Assembly (NCBI GenBank): GCA_028874315.1 | Contig: JAPPKM010000097.1 | Location: forward strand, 64,532-128,531 | From: Chloroflexota bacterium | Lineage (GTDB): Bacteria > Chloroflexota > UBA11872 | DNA: 64,000 nt | Direction: 5' to 3' | In this document: positions 31,529 through 41,583 of the stretch, one piece after another | How the letters are laid out: every line of letters starts with the position of its first letter | Numbering within the stretch: position 1 is the stretch's first letter | Translations under genes and position numbers: made by a program | The notes under the pieces: model-generated | The model's input: only the letters and a program-made list of their open reading frames with translations | The model's database searches: none | Told to the model about the DNA's origin: nothing

Positions 31529-33820
31529 ATGATCCGCCGAATTCGATTGATCCGGAGTATCGGGAATCTCGAGTCGGTTGACACCTGCAGGCAGATCGAC
31601 CTCGGTCAACTTGTGCTCTTCTACGGGGAAAATGGTCGAGGGAAGACAACCCTAGCGGCAGTGTTTCGTTCACTCGCGACAGGCGAACCAAATCCGATTC
31701 AGGAAAGACGCAGCCTCACGTCCGACCAGCAGCCCAAAGTCGTACTTGACTGCGATGGTGATCCACCTAAGGCAGTTTTCCATGGGGGCCAATGGAATCG
31801 CAAGCTCCCTCAACTTAGAGTCTTTGATGACACGTTTGTCGACGAAAACGTCCACTCGGGGCTTTTCGTGGAATCCAGACATCGAAAAAACCTACACGGG
31901 GTCATTTTGGGTTCCCACGGAGTCAAGCTACAGCGCCAGCTTGAGCAGATTGTGGACCGTGCGAAGCGGCATAACAGTGAGCTACGGGTGAAGAGAACTG
32001 CTATCCCCGAGTCCGTGCGCTTCGGTTTCACAGTCGACAGATTCTGCGAACTCACCATGATTGAGGATGTCGACTCGCAGATTAGAGAGACTGAACGTGA
32101 ACTGGCTGCGGCACGTGACCAAGATGCTGTAAGTCGAACGCCACTCTTGGAGCCGATCGACTTGCCCGACTTCGACTCCGAAGCCATTGACAAAGTCTTG
32201 GGCAGATCGCTTGCTGACCTCGATGCTACGGCGGATGCGAGAGTCCGTGCGCATTTTGAGTCCCTAGGTCCTGGAGGAGAACAGTGGGTAGCTTCCGGTA
32301 TGCAGCGTCTTTCGCCCTCTGTCGGCAAGGAGAATTGTCCGTTCTGCGCTCAGGATCTCTCGGCTTCGAATGTCATCGGCCACTATCGCGTGTACTTCAG
32401 CGAGGAATACTCTGAGCTCAAGCGCTCCATAGATCAGGCGCTTCAAGCGGTGCAGATTGCTCACGACGGAGATGCTGTAGCCAGGTTCGAACGTGCTGTC
32501 AGCGCGGCAAGTCAGGGCCGCGTATTTTGGTCAAGGCTCTGTGAAGTGACGCAATTTGAAGTTGATTCTGATTTGGCCGTGCGAAACTGGAAGTCGATTC
32601 GCGAAGGTCTTCTTGAACTATTGCGTGCCAAGCGTAATACACCTCTGGAGAGAGTCTGTATCCCGAAGTCACTACAGCAGGCAATGTCATTGCACAAATC
32701 TCACAGGAAGAAGATTGAAGAGTACAATAGGCAAATGGCTGCGTCGAATACGCAGATTCGAGGTGTCAAGGAAAAGGCTGCTGCGGCCAATCCAGAGCTA
32801 ATTCATTCCAGACTAAATGCCCTTCGTGCGAGAAAGTCTCGGCACATGGGAGTGAACATGAAGCTCTGTGATGAGTACCTCGCTGAGAAGAAGGCAAAAG
32901 AACAGACTGATCAGGATCGAGCGATTACGAGACAGAGCTTGAGCGAGTATCGCGATGAGATTTTTCCAGAACTTGAGACGTCCATAAACTCTTATCTGGA
33001 CGAATTCTCTGCAGGGTTCAAGTTGGCTGGAGTTGAAGCCGTGGATATCAGTGGGGGAGCATCTTGTACATACAGCATCGAAATACATGATAGGCAAGTG
33101 GACGTCGCTCGAGCGTCGGCTGATGGGCAGCCGTCCTTTAGCACTACACTGAGCTCAGGTGATCGGAATACGCTGGCGCTGGCGTTTTTCTTTGCCGCTC
33201 TCGAACATGATCCGGACCTTAGTCGGAAGGTGGTGATCATCGATGATCCAAAGTCGAGTCTCGATGATCACCGATCGTTGACGACAGTTCAGGTCGCACG
33301 ACGATTCGCGGAGCGGGTCGAACAGATGATGATTCTCTCGCACGATAAGCGGTTTCTCTGTAATGTCTGGTCTGGATTCGATAGGTCATCGACTCGGGCA
33401 CTAGAAATCGCGCGGGATGGTACGGGATCGATCCTGCGCGAATGGCCTGTGCACGAGGAGTCTGTGACGGAGCACGATCGTCGCCACGTTGACCTTCTCA
33501 AGTTCGTTGACGGCGACACAGGTAACAAGCGAGAGATCGCTCGGAGCTTGCGGCCGCACTTGGAGGGATTCCTTCGTGTAGCTTGTCCGGGCGAGTTTCC
33601 GCCTGAGGCAAAGATGGGTAACTTCTTGCACATTTGTCGTGAGCGAATAGGCCAGAAAGACGAAGTCTTAAATAACGCAGGAGCTCGAGAACTCTCGGAA
33701 ATGCTGGAATACGCTAATAGGTTTCATCACGATACGAACCCGGCTTGGCGAGAAGAGATCATTAGCGACGCTGAGCTCCTAGGTTTTGTGACAAGAGTCT
33801 TGGCGTTCGCTCGTCCCTGA
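31529..33820 (+). CDS. RloC/PrrC-like (COG4694-type) ABC/SMC-family ATPase with zinc-hook CxxC and C-terminal HEPN-like domain
   Basis: GGGGGAGG RBS before the ATG at 31529; Walker A 'FYGENGRGKTTL'; coiled-coil region with 'KENCPFCAQD' hook; signature 'LSSGDRNTLALAFFFA'; Walker B 'VVIIDDPKSSLD'; C-terminal 'RSLRPH' Rx4H and 'NRFHHD' motifs. Confidence 0.55.
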   Translation: MIRRIRLIRSIGNLESVDTCRQIDLGQLVLFYGENGRGKTTLAAVFRSLATGEPNPIQERRSLTSDQQPKVVLDCDGDPPKAVFHGGQWNRKLPQLRVFDDTFVDENVHSGLFVESRHRKNLHGVILGSHGVKLQRQLEQIVDRAKRHNSELRVKRTAIPESVRFGFTVDRFCELTMIEDVDSQIRETERELAAARDQDAVSRTPLLEPIDLPDFDSEAIDKVLGRSLADLDATADARVRAHFESLGPGGEQWVASGMQRLSPSVGKENCPFCAQDLSASNVIGHYRVYFSEEYSELKRSIDQALQAVQIAHDGDAVARFERAVSAASQGRVFWSRLCEVTQFEVDSDLAVRNWKSIREGLLELLRAKRNTPLERVCIPKSLQQAMSLHKSHRKKIEEYNRQMAASNTQIRGVKEKAAAANPELIHSRLNALRARKSRHMGVNMKLCDEYLAEKKAKEQTDQDRAITRQSLSEYRDEIFPELETSINSYLDEFSAGFKLAGVEAVDISGGASCTYSIEIHDRQVDVARASADGQPSFSTTLSSGDRNTLALAFFFAALEHDPDLSRKVVIIDDPKSSLDDHRSLTTVQVARRFAERVEQMMILSHDKRFLCNVWSGFDRSSTRALEIARDGTGSILREWPVHEESVTEHDRRHVDLLKFVDGDTGNKREIARSLRPHLEGFLRVACPGEFPPEAKMGNFLHICRERIGQKDEVLNNAGARELSEMLEYANRFHHDTNPAWREEIISDAELLGFVTRVLAFARP

Positions 33821-34022
33821 GGAACTAGATGAGAAGAACCTGTTAGAAAGGACGATCAATTCGAGGTGTCCTGAGACGGAGATTCTCAGTCCGACTATTC
33901 GTCGTGACATTGGTACAGCTAGAGATGACAGGCACCTAGGGCTTCAAATTGAGTCTCCAACGCACATATCGAATTCCGCGATGCGTGGTATCATTCGGTT
34001 CGGCTATCCTTGGAGATGAAGT

Positions 34023-34679
34023 ATGGCGGTGTGGCGACAAGATGGTCCATACATCTGGGTAACTTGGCTTACGAAACTGTTAGTTGGAGAAAACTCTTGC
34101 GAGTGGTCCGCTTGGTTCAAGGCTTGTCACGAAGGTTGGAGTTGGGATAAGCAGCCAAGCACGTTTGATACCGTGTCATGGCAGATGGATCACTCATCAC
34201 AGATTGCAGTGACGCGTCTAGGCTGGGAGAAACAAGGATATGTCGTATTCACAGAAGAGCAAAATAACTTTGTCCTTCGAGGCAGATCCGCAAAGTTAGC
34301 CGGCAAGCCTGACCTAATCGTGAAGAAAGGGAGTGATGCTATCGTTGTTGATGTTAAGACCGGACGTCCGCTTCCGTCACACAGTATCCAAGTCATGCTA
34401 TACATGTACGCGATTCCGCGGTCCTTGGGTCAACACAGGGGTGTCAACTTTGACGGTCGCGTGGTCTATAGAGACCATGAAATTGAAATACCAGCGTCGG
34501 CGGTTGACGAGAAGTTCGTTGCAAACGTTTCCGAGTTGATTCTACGGTTGGCATCCGAGCATCCGGCAAGACGGGTACCAAGTGCACGCGAGTGCCAGTA
34601 CTGCAATATCACGTTGAAGGACTGTCCTGAAAGGGTAGATGAAGATGCCAATCAGGAAGGCGTGACCTCAGACTTCTAG
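34023..34679 (+). CDS. Cas4-like PD-(D/E)xK nuclease with Fe-S cysteine cluster
   Basis: 'GKPDLIVKKGSDAIVVDVKTG' D...E/D-x-K motif; N-terminal Cys (CEWSAWFKAC) plus C-terminal 'CQYCNITLKDC' give the 4-Cys pattern of Cas4/RecB/AddB nucleases. Confidence 0.6.
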   Translation: MAVWRQDGPYIWVTWLTKLLVGENSCEWSAWFKACHEGWSWDKQPSTFDTVSWQMDHSSQIAVTRLGWEKQGYVVFTEEQNNFVLRGRSAKLAGKPDLIVKKGSDAIVVDVKTGRPLPSHSIQVMLYMYAIPRSLGQHRGVNFDGRVVYRDHEIEIPASAVDEKFVANVSELILRLASEHPARRVPSARECQYCNITLKDCPERVDEDANQEGVTSDF

Positions 34680-35095
34680 AGTCACGCGTTTACTATGATA
34701 GGAGTAGTTTCCGGTCAGGATGCACTAGATTCATGACGTTAGGCTGGTATTTTGGTCTTTTTTGGTGGGGACGGCCCAGTGGTCGTCAGTTGGTAAGACG
34801 GTGTTGCGGATTCATTACATGTCCTGCTCTCTTACTGGACCGGGGGGAGCGTGAGAACGCCCGCCTCGATGCTGCTGCTGTTGCACATTCTTGGTCTCAA
34901 TGAGTTTGAATACGCCAGAACTCCGGATTGGCAGATTCGGTGTGGACCAGAGAGAATCCGCTGGAGGGCGGAAAGCAGTTTCGCTATTTTCGTGAATCTC
35001 GGTGCAATTGGAGATAAGAAAGCAATCGATGCTTGGGGTGAATCGTTCAAGCGGCGTTTGGATCGCATCCAGGTAGTGAGGGCGCATTTGGCTGC

Positions 35096-38000
35096 GTGGA
35101 TACACTGAGCGTCATGAAGCCGAAAAGAGTAACCAGTGCAGAAATGGGGCGCGACGCAATCGTTGCGCTTGGGGTGGCAATCGACCGACTGAAGGGCGGC
35201 GATCCCCTTGTTCCCGTGACAGTCGTCCCGCCCAATGCCTTGGCTGGTCTCAGTATTCGTCGGCTCTTGGGCATGCGTCCAAGAGGCATCGTGAATGTGC
35301 GAATGCTGGTGCTGGAGCGCTTGGTCGAACTGATTGGGTCGCCAGCGCTCGCGGCGGAGGGCCGGCGACCACTCACTGGGTCATACCGAATAGAGGCCAT
35401 TCGCGCTTCTGTGAACGACAGGCGTGAGGAGTTCCTAGGCGATGTCCCTTTCGACGGACCAGCGCTGCGAAGCGTTGACAGCACTTTCTCTGACTTCGAC
35501 GCCTGTGACGACAAGGCACTTGACCGAATCGCCGCCGAGACTGAGCGCCACAGACTCCTCGTCGATTCTTACCGCGAATTTAGGGGCCGTCTGCGTAGCT
35601 TCTATGACGAGCGCGACCTCGCCGAGGCGTCGACAATGGCGCTAGAGCAGAACGTCATGAGTCTCCGTGACGTTGGATGCATCGTCCTCTACTTGCCCGC
35701 CGATCTGACCGCCCCATATCGGCGATTTGTTGGAGCTCTCTCGGAGCGGGCACCTCTGGAAGTGGTGGTCGGGCTGAGTGGTGACTCCACAGTCGACGAC
35801 CATGCCCTGAGCGACTGGCCAGGAAATCAGAAGAGTGTGTCCGTCCGTGGACCTCCCACGGCGAGGCGTGTGATTCAGGCCCCGGATGCTGAGGAAGAGA
35901 TCCGCGAGGCCATTCGCCAGCTCTGTGATCGGGCAGCGAAGGGACGCCCGCTACACCGAGCCGCCATCCTTTACACCCACCGTGCCCCGTACCAGCGGAT
36001 CGCGGCCGAGCAGCTCGACGCCGCCGAAATCCCGTGGAATGGCCGGCTGCCAATCACACTTGGCCAAACGATCGCTGGCCGAACTCTGCTGTCGCTTCTG
36101 CATATCTCAGAACGTTCGGCCGCTGCGTCTGCACGGATTTCCTGGAGCGAATTCGGTGCGCCCTTGCTCTCGGGAGCCCCCATACTTGGGCCTCGCCAAC
36201 AGAGCGTGCCCGCAGCGAGATGGAACCAAATTGCGCGCAGGGCCAATCTCCTTCGCGAGTCGAGCCGTTGGCTCGAGCGCTTGGCGCAGTACCGCACCAG
36301 GCTTGAGGGCGAATTCAGAGAGCTCCAGCAGGACGTCGAGGACGAGCGGCCTTGGCGCGCGCGCGCGATGGAGCGTGAGCTCGCTGAGGTGGGCGACTTT
36401 GAGGAATTCGTCCGTGAGCTAGAGAGCGAGATACGTAGCGTTCAGCCAACCGCACGCTGGTCCATATACGCCGAGCGCGCCCGAGCCATGCTTGCGCGTT
36501 ACCTGGGTGGACGCAACGCCTTTGCGGCGCGCCTGGACGTTGAGGGATCCGCTGACTTGGAACGAGAAGTAGAAGCGTGGGACGCCATCGACGATCTCCT
36601 CGAGTCGCTCGCCCACCTGGACGAGTTGGGCGAGACTGACACGGCGCGCTTCCGCGCTGCGGTCGAGGGGGGGCTCGACCGACCTTCTGGTCGGGTCGGA
36701 CGCTTCGGCCATGGCGTTTTTGTCGGTCCGCTTTCCGCTGCGGCTGGGACCGACTGGGACATTGTCTTCATCGTAGGTGCCGCCGATCGCTCGCTGCCTG
36801 GTCTGAACCGTGAAGACCCGCTGCTATCCGAAGCACTTCGAAGTGAGATCGGACTCAGGGGGACTCGCGATCGGGTACGCCGCTGGCGCCTCGAGTATCT
36901 TGCCGCGCTCTGGTCGGCGGATGAGTGTCACGTCAGTTATCCGCGTGCAGACGTCCGCGGACAACGTGCACGCTTCCCTAGCCGGTGGCTTCTCGAGTCC
37001 GCTACGAGACTCCAGGGTGAACGCGTCTTTGGATCGAAAATCGAAACTCTGCGCAGTGGAGGCTGGTATCACGCCATACCCTCATTCGAGTGGTCGTTAG
37101 CACACTCTCAAACACCTGGCGGACGGCAGGAGTACGACCTTCGCAGCATCCGCCGGGCAGAAGTTCCAGAGGCTCACTTTTTGGCGATGAGTGAGCCACA
37201 GTTGCGGCGCGGTCTCGCGCTTCAGCGGGCACGTCCGAGCGACTCGTTTACAGAGTGGGACGGGCATATAGTCGACGGAACACCGAGCTACGCGCAGGGT
37301 CCGCACTCACCGAGCGCTCTTCAGGATTGGGCCGTCTGCCCGTATCGATACTTTCTCGGTCGGGTGCTCAGAGTCGCTGAGCGTGACGAGGCCGAAGACG
37401 AATTCACCATCTCGCCGCTAGAACGCGGCGCACTAATCCATGACATCCTGCACACGTTCTTCAGCAGTGTGGACGGTCTCGAGAGCCCGAACGCCAGATG
37501 GACGGAGTCACACCGCCGCTCCCTCGAAGCCATCGCCACTGATAAGTGCGACGCTGCCGAGCGGCGAGGTGTGACCGGACGCGCTCTGCTCTGGCAGCGA
37601 GAACGAAAGCTGATCCACGAAGACCTTCAGAGGTTCCTAACACAAGACGAAACGCGCCGAGCAAGACAGGGGGTCATTCAGGTCGAAAGTGAATACTCCT
37701 TTGGTCTTGCAGGCGTTCCTATGGTGTCGTTGGTGCTGCCAGGCGGTCGCACGGCCCAATTGCGCGGCAAGATTGATCGTATCGATCGGTCCGTGGACGG
37801 CAGACGTCTCGAGGTGATCGACTACAAGACTGGTCGACCAAACCCCAGCCAAAGGGACCTGACTGAGGATCCTGTAGTTCGCGGCGGGTATCTCCAGCTC
37901 CCCGTCTATGCCGCCGCAGCAGTACAGCAGCGGTCCGATTCCTCGGAAGTTGATGTTGCAGCCTCGTACTGGTTCATCACCGACAGGGGCGATTTCAAGA

Positions 38001-38251
38001 GCCACGAAGTGTTTTGGGATGACCGAACCATCAAACGCTTTCGCGAAGTGCTTGGGCGCATTCTCGACGGCATTGGTCAGGGGCACTTTCCAGTTCATCC
38101 AGGCGCTGAGATCTATCGAGGTCCCGAGAACTGCAGGCACTGCGCATACGATGCGGCGTGTTCGCGCGATCGCCAGTCGACCTGGAGCGCGACCCGTCGT
38201 GATCCGCGCCTCGAGAGCTACGTTGCTCTCGTGGAGGGCGAGGCGCCGTGA
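35096..38251 (+). CDS. AddB/RexB-like helicase-nuclease subunit (degenerate helicase N-terminus, C-terminal RecB-type nuclease with Fe-S cluster)
   Basis: No Walker A in the N-terminus; C-terminal 'CPYRYFLGRVL...ERGALIHDILH...GKIDRIDRSVDGRRLEVIDYKTGRP' nuclease motifs; terminal 'CRHCAYDAAC'; stop overlaps the start of the downstream UvrD-type gene. Confidence 0.6.
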   Translation: MDTLSVMKPKRVTSAEMGRDAIVALGVAIDRLKGGDPLVPVTVVPPNALAGLSIRRLLGMRPRGIVNVRMLVLERLVELIGSPALAAEGRRPLTGSYRIEAIRASVNDRREEFLGDVPFDGPALRSVDSTFSDFDACDDKALDRIAAETERHRLLVDSYREFRGRLRSFYDERDLAEASTMALEQNVMSLRDVGCIVLYLPADLTAPYRRFVGALSERAPLEVVVGLSGDSTVDDHALSDWPGNQKSVSVRGPPTARRVIQAPDAEEEIREAIRQLCDRAAKGRPLHRAAILYTHRAPYQRIAAEQLDAAEIPWNGRLPITLGQTIAGRTLLSLLHISERSAAASARISWSEFGAPLLSGAPILGPRQQSVPAARWNQIARRANLLRESSRWLERLAQYRTRLEGEFRELQQDVEDERPWRARAMERELAEVGDFEEFVRELESEIRSVQPTARWSIYAERARAMLARYLGGRNAFAARLDVEGSADLEREVEAWDAIDDLLESLAHLDELGETDTARFRAAVEGGLDRPSGRVGRFGHGVFVGPLSAAAGTDWDIVFIVGAADRSLPGLNREDPLLSEALRSEIGLRGTRDRVRRWRLEYLAALWSADECHVSYPRADVRGQRARFPSRWLLESATRLQGERVFGSKIETLRSGGWYHAIPSFEWSLAHSQTPGGRQEYDLRSIRRAEVPEAHFLAMSEPQLRRGLALQRARPSDSFTEWDGHIVDGTPSYAQGPHSPSALQDWAVCPYRYFLGRVLRVAERDEAEDEFTISPLERGALIHDILHTFFSSVDGLESPNARWTESHRRSLEAIATDKCDAAERRGVTGRALLWQRERKLIHEDLQRFLTQDETRRARQGVIQVESEYSFGLAGVPMVSLVLPGGRTAQLRGKIDRIDRSVDGRRLEVIDYKTGRPNPSQRDLTEDPVVRGGYLQLPVYAAAAVQQRSDSSEVDVAASYWFITDRGDFKSHEVFWDDRTIKRFREVLGRILDGIGQGHFPVHPGAEIYRGPENCRHCAYDAACSRDRQSTWSATRRDPRLESYVALVEGEAP

Positions 38252-41200
38252 ACGTGGAAGCCCAGCTCAGCGACTGGGAGGATCGAGCTCGCATCGAACG
38301 AGCGCTCCAGGAGACGCTCTTCGTCGAAGCGGGTGCCGGTACTGGCAAGACGCACCAGCTGGTCGAGCGGATGGTCAATCTGATTGCCACAGGCCGTGTC
38401 CGCGGTGCAGGTGTTGCGGCGATTACCTTCACCGAAAAGGCCGCTGCCGAATTGCGCGACCGAGTCCTCGAACGTCTCGAAGAGGAGTCTGAAGTCAAGG
38501 ATGATCTCGAACGAATGAAACGGTGCCAAGCGGCGCTTGAGGAGTTGGATGGCGCTGCCATCGAAACCATCCACGCATTTGCCGCGCGTGTGCTTTCTCT
38601 TTTTCCACTCGAGGCTGGACTGCCCCCAGGTTTCGAGATCGCTGACGACACGGAGTCCCGCATCGAGCTCGCCGACCGGTGGCATGAGGCGCTCGACGCA
38701 ATGCTTGAGGATCTAGAGCTAGACGAACCCTTGCGCAACGCCTTTGACGCTGGTCTGACTTTCGAGAGCCTGGCGGGCGTAGTGCGCAAGGTGCACGAGG
38801 ATTGGGATCGGGTGCAGTCCGAAGAGTCGGTCATGGAATGCGGATTCGTCGAAACCGACTCATTCGTTTCAGACTTGCAGTCAGTGATCGATACACGCCG
38901 AGCATGTGTCGATCCTGACGATCGCCTGTACCGGCGTCTGCAGGACTTGGAAGGCTTCGCGGACCGTCTGCGGGAGGCTGCCGGCGATCGTGGCAAGTTT
39001 GTCAAGTTGCTCGAACACTCCACTGCAACGTCGCTTCGTGTCGGCAATATGGGGCGGAGAGGCAGCTGGGTTGGTGAGACTCTTGGTGAGATTCGCCAAG
39101 CGATGGCAACCCTTCATGTGCGCCGCGAGCAGCTGCGGCTCGAAATCGTCCGATGCATTTTCGCGCCCATATACAACGCAATTCGGGCATTCGTGCTCGA
39201 CTACGCCGACGAGCGCCGGCGTCGGGGACGACTTGGCTTTCAGGATCTGCTTGTTCGCTGCCGCACCCTGCTGCACGAGAATCCTGAGGTAGCCGCGCGA
39301 GTCCGCGAGCGCTTTGGCTTCGTCCTGATAGACGAGTTTCACGACACAGATCCGCTCCAGTCCGAGATTGCTGACGCCATCGCCGGAGACGAGGAAGGCC
39401 GCCTCTTTTTTGTCGGCGATCCAAAGCAGTCGATCTATCGCTTTCGTCGCGCCGACATTGACCAGTACAGGGCAATTCGTGAGCGCTATTCGGGCTCTCT
39501 CGTGCACTTGACCCAAAATTTTCGTTCGCAGCCTGGCGTGACGAACTTCGTGAATGCGGTCTTTGGGCCGCTGATGCGCGCCGACTCAACCGGTGGCCAA
39601 GCGGTCTGGGAAGACCTGAATGCATACCGCGGACCGCTGGAGTGCCGGCAGGCGCCCGGCGTCGTGGTGATTGGCGACGAAATGAATGCTTCGACTTCGG
39701 AAGTTCGGCGGGTTGAAGCGCAGGGTCTAGCCCAGATCATTGCTGGAGTGCGGGAATCTCAGTGGCCGGTGTTCGACCAAAGCAGTAAGTGCTGGCGGGC
39801 AGCACGCTTCTCAGATGTTGCTGTGCTCGTGCCTGCCCGTACGGGTCTGAGTCAAATACTCCCTGAACTCGACGAACGAGACATCCCCTATCGCCTTGAG
39901 AGTCGCTCTCTCGTCTTTCGTAGCGAGGAAGTTCGCAGGCTTCTAGACATTCTTCAGGCTATTGACGATCCCACAGACGAGGTCGCTCTAGTGGGATCGC
40001 TGCGAGCGTCGGCGTTTGCCTGTTCAGACGTCGACTTGCTCGCCTGGCGAGAGTCCGGCGGGCGTTGGGACTATCGTGCCGTGACTCCGGAGGGGATTCC
40101 TGACGGCCATCCGGTCGCCGATGCAATGCGCTGGTTTCGCGACACCGCCCTCGCACAATGGCGAATGTCGGTCAGTGCGCTGGTTGAACGCGTAATTAGT
40201 GAGCGGCGGTTGATGGAGTTAGCTGTCGTAGACCGACGTCCGCGTGACCGCTGGCAGCGTCTACGATTTCTCCTGGATCAAGCCCGTAGCTTCGGCGATC
40301 AAGGCGGACGCACCCTGAACGAGTTTCTAAGGTGGGCCCAGCATCAGGCGGAGGAAGACACACGCGTGATCGAGTCCGTAGTACCTGAGTCGGACCACGA
40401 CGCCGTCCGCATCTTGACGATTCACGCTGCTAAGGGGCTCGAGTTTCCAGTCGTGGTTCTCGCCGGTCTAAATGTCAGATCTCGGGACGAACGTCCCGCT
40501 CTACTGTGGCGCGCGGACAAGGCACCCGAACTGCACTTGAGAGAAGGCTTGAAGACACCAGGCTACGACGAACTGTTCGAGCAGGAAGTGAGCATGCAGC
40601 GCGCCGAACGCGTGCGGCTGAACTACGTCGCTGCTACCCGGGCACGCGATCACCTCGTCGTCAGCCTGTACCGCAAGCAGGGGGGCAATCTGACAACGGA
40701 CGCACACGTCATCGCGGATCAACTTGATCAGCTAGGGGATTCCCAAGAGACGTGTCTCTTTAGCCGTATATCGCCTGAACAGTCGCCGCCGCTACCTCAG
40801 AGAAGAGGAGAAGGGCCGACGTCAGATAGGGCTCGACGCGCAGAGAGAATAGACACCACCGGAACTGCCAGCGACCGCGAACAGTGGCTCGAAGAGCGCG
40901 GCGCAGCGATTCGTGCTCATGCCAACTTCGACGTCAGGTCGGCCACCAACCTCGCTAGGCGAGCAGGCCTCGATGACCCAAACATCGAGAAAGATGAACG
41001 TCCTGACGATCTCCCACCGTGGCGTCGGGGACGGGGAGGTACGAGCGTCGGCCGTGCCGTGCACTCGGCGCTTCAGACGATTGACATAGAAGCTGCCGAC
41101 GATTTCCAGATCAGTGCTGTTGCGACGGCGCAAAGCGCCGCTGAAGGCTTGGACCCACGTTACTCCGCTGACGTTGCTCGCCTGGTTCGCGTTGCACTCG

Positions 41201-41583
41201 ATAGCTCGAGTCTGCGGGATGCCGTCGCCTCTGATCGGTACTGGCGAGAGGTCTATGTCGCGGCGCCAATCTTAGACGATCGTGGGCGTGCGGTCTTGGT
41301 CGAGGGCTTTATCGACTTGATGTATCAGACTTCTGACGGGGACTTGATCGTGGTGGATTACAAGACTGACGCGCTACCTGACGGTGAGGCTGTTGACCAA
41401 GCACTAGCTCACTACGAGCCGCAGGGTGCGACCTACGCGTTGGCGCTCGAGGAGTCGCTCGGCCGGCGGGTTACCGCGTGTAAATTTCTGTTCCTGCATG
41501 CGAACCAAGAGCGCAGCGTGCCAAACCTGGCAACTGCCGTTGCGCGCATTCGTGAAACTCTTCACGAAACAGGCGTCGGATAA
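38248..41583 (+). CDS. AddA/RecB-like UvrD-family helicase with C-terminal PD-(D/E)xK nuclease
   Basis: 'FVEAGAGTGKTHQLVERM' motif I; 'VLIDEFHDTDPLQ' motif II; 'IHAAKGLEFPVVVL'; 'NYVAATRARDHLVVS' motif VI; C-terminal 'GFIDLMYQTSDGDLIVVDYKTD'. Confidence 0.75.
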   Translation: MNVEAQLSDWEDRARIERALQETLFVEAGAGTGKTHQLVERMVNLIATGRVRGAGVAAITFTEKAAAELRDRVLERLEEESEVKDDLERMKRCQAALEELDGAAIETIHAFAARVLSLFPLEAGLPPGFEIADDTESRIELADRWHEALDAMLEDLELDEPLRNAFDAGLTFESLAGVVRKVHEDWDRVQSEESVMECGFVETDSFVSDLQSVIDTRRACVDPDDRLYRRLQDLEGFADRLREAAGDRGKFVKLLEHSTATSLRVGNMGRRGSWVGETLGEIRQAMATLHVRREQLRLEIVRCIFAPIYNAIRAFVLDYADERRRRGRLGFQDLLVRCRTLLHENPEVAARVRERFGFVLIDEFHDTDPLQSEIADAIAGDEEGRLFFVGDPKQSIYRFRRADIDQYRAIRERYSGSLVHLTQNFRSQPGVTNFVNAVFGPLMRADSTGGQAVWEDLNAYRGPLECRQAPGVVVIGDEMNASTSEVRRVEAQGLAQIIAGVRESQWPVFDQSSKCWRAARFSDVAVLVPARTGLSQILPELDERDIPYRLESRSLVFRSEEVRRLLDILQAIDDPTDEVALVGSLRASAFACSDVDLLAWRESGGRWDYRAVTPEGIPDGHPVADAMRWFRDTALAQWRMSVSALVERVISERRLMELAVVDRRPRDRWQRLRFLLDQARSFGDQGGRTLNEFLRWAQHQAEEDTRVIESVVPESDHDAVRILTIHAAKGLEFPVVVLAGLNVRSRDERPALLWRADKAPELHLREGLKTPGYDELFEQEVSMQRAERVRLNYVAATRARDHLVVSLYRKQGGNLTTDAHVIADQLDQLGDSQETCLFSRISPEQSPPLPQRRGEGPTSDRARRAERIDTTGTASDREQWLEERGAAIRAHANFDVRSATNLARRAGLDDPNIEKDERPDDLPPWRRGRGGTSVGRAVHSALQTIDIEAADDFQISAVATAQSAAEGLDPRYSADVARLVRVALDSSSLRDAVASDRYWREVYVAAPILDDRGRAVLVEGFIDLMYQTSDGDLIVVDYKTDALPDGEAVDQALAHYEPQGATYALALEESLGRRVTACKFLFLHANQERSVPNLATAVARIRETLHETGVG

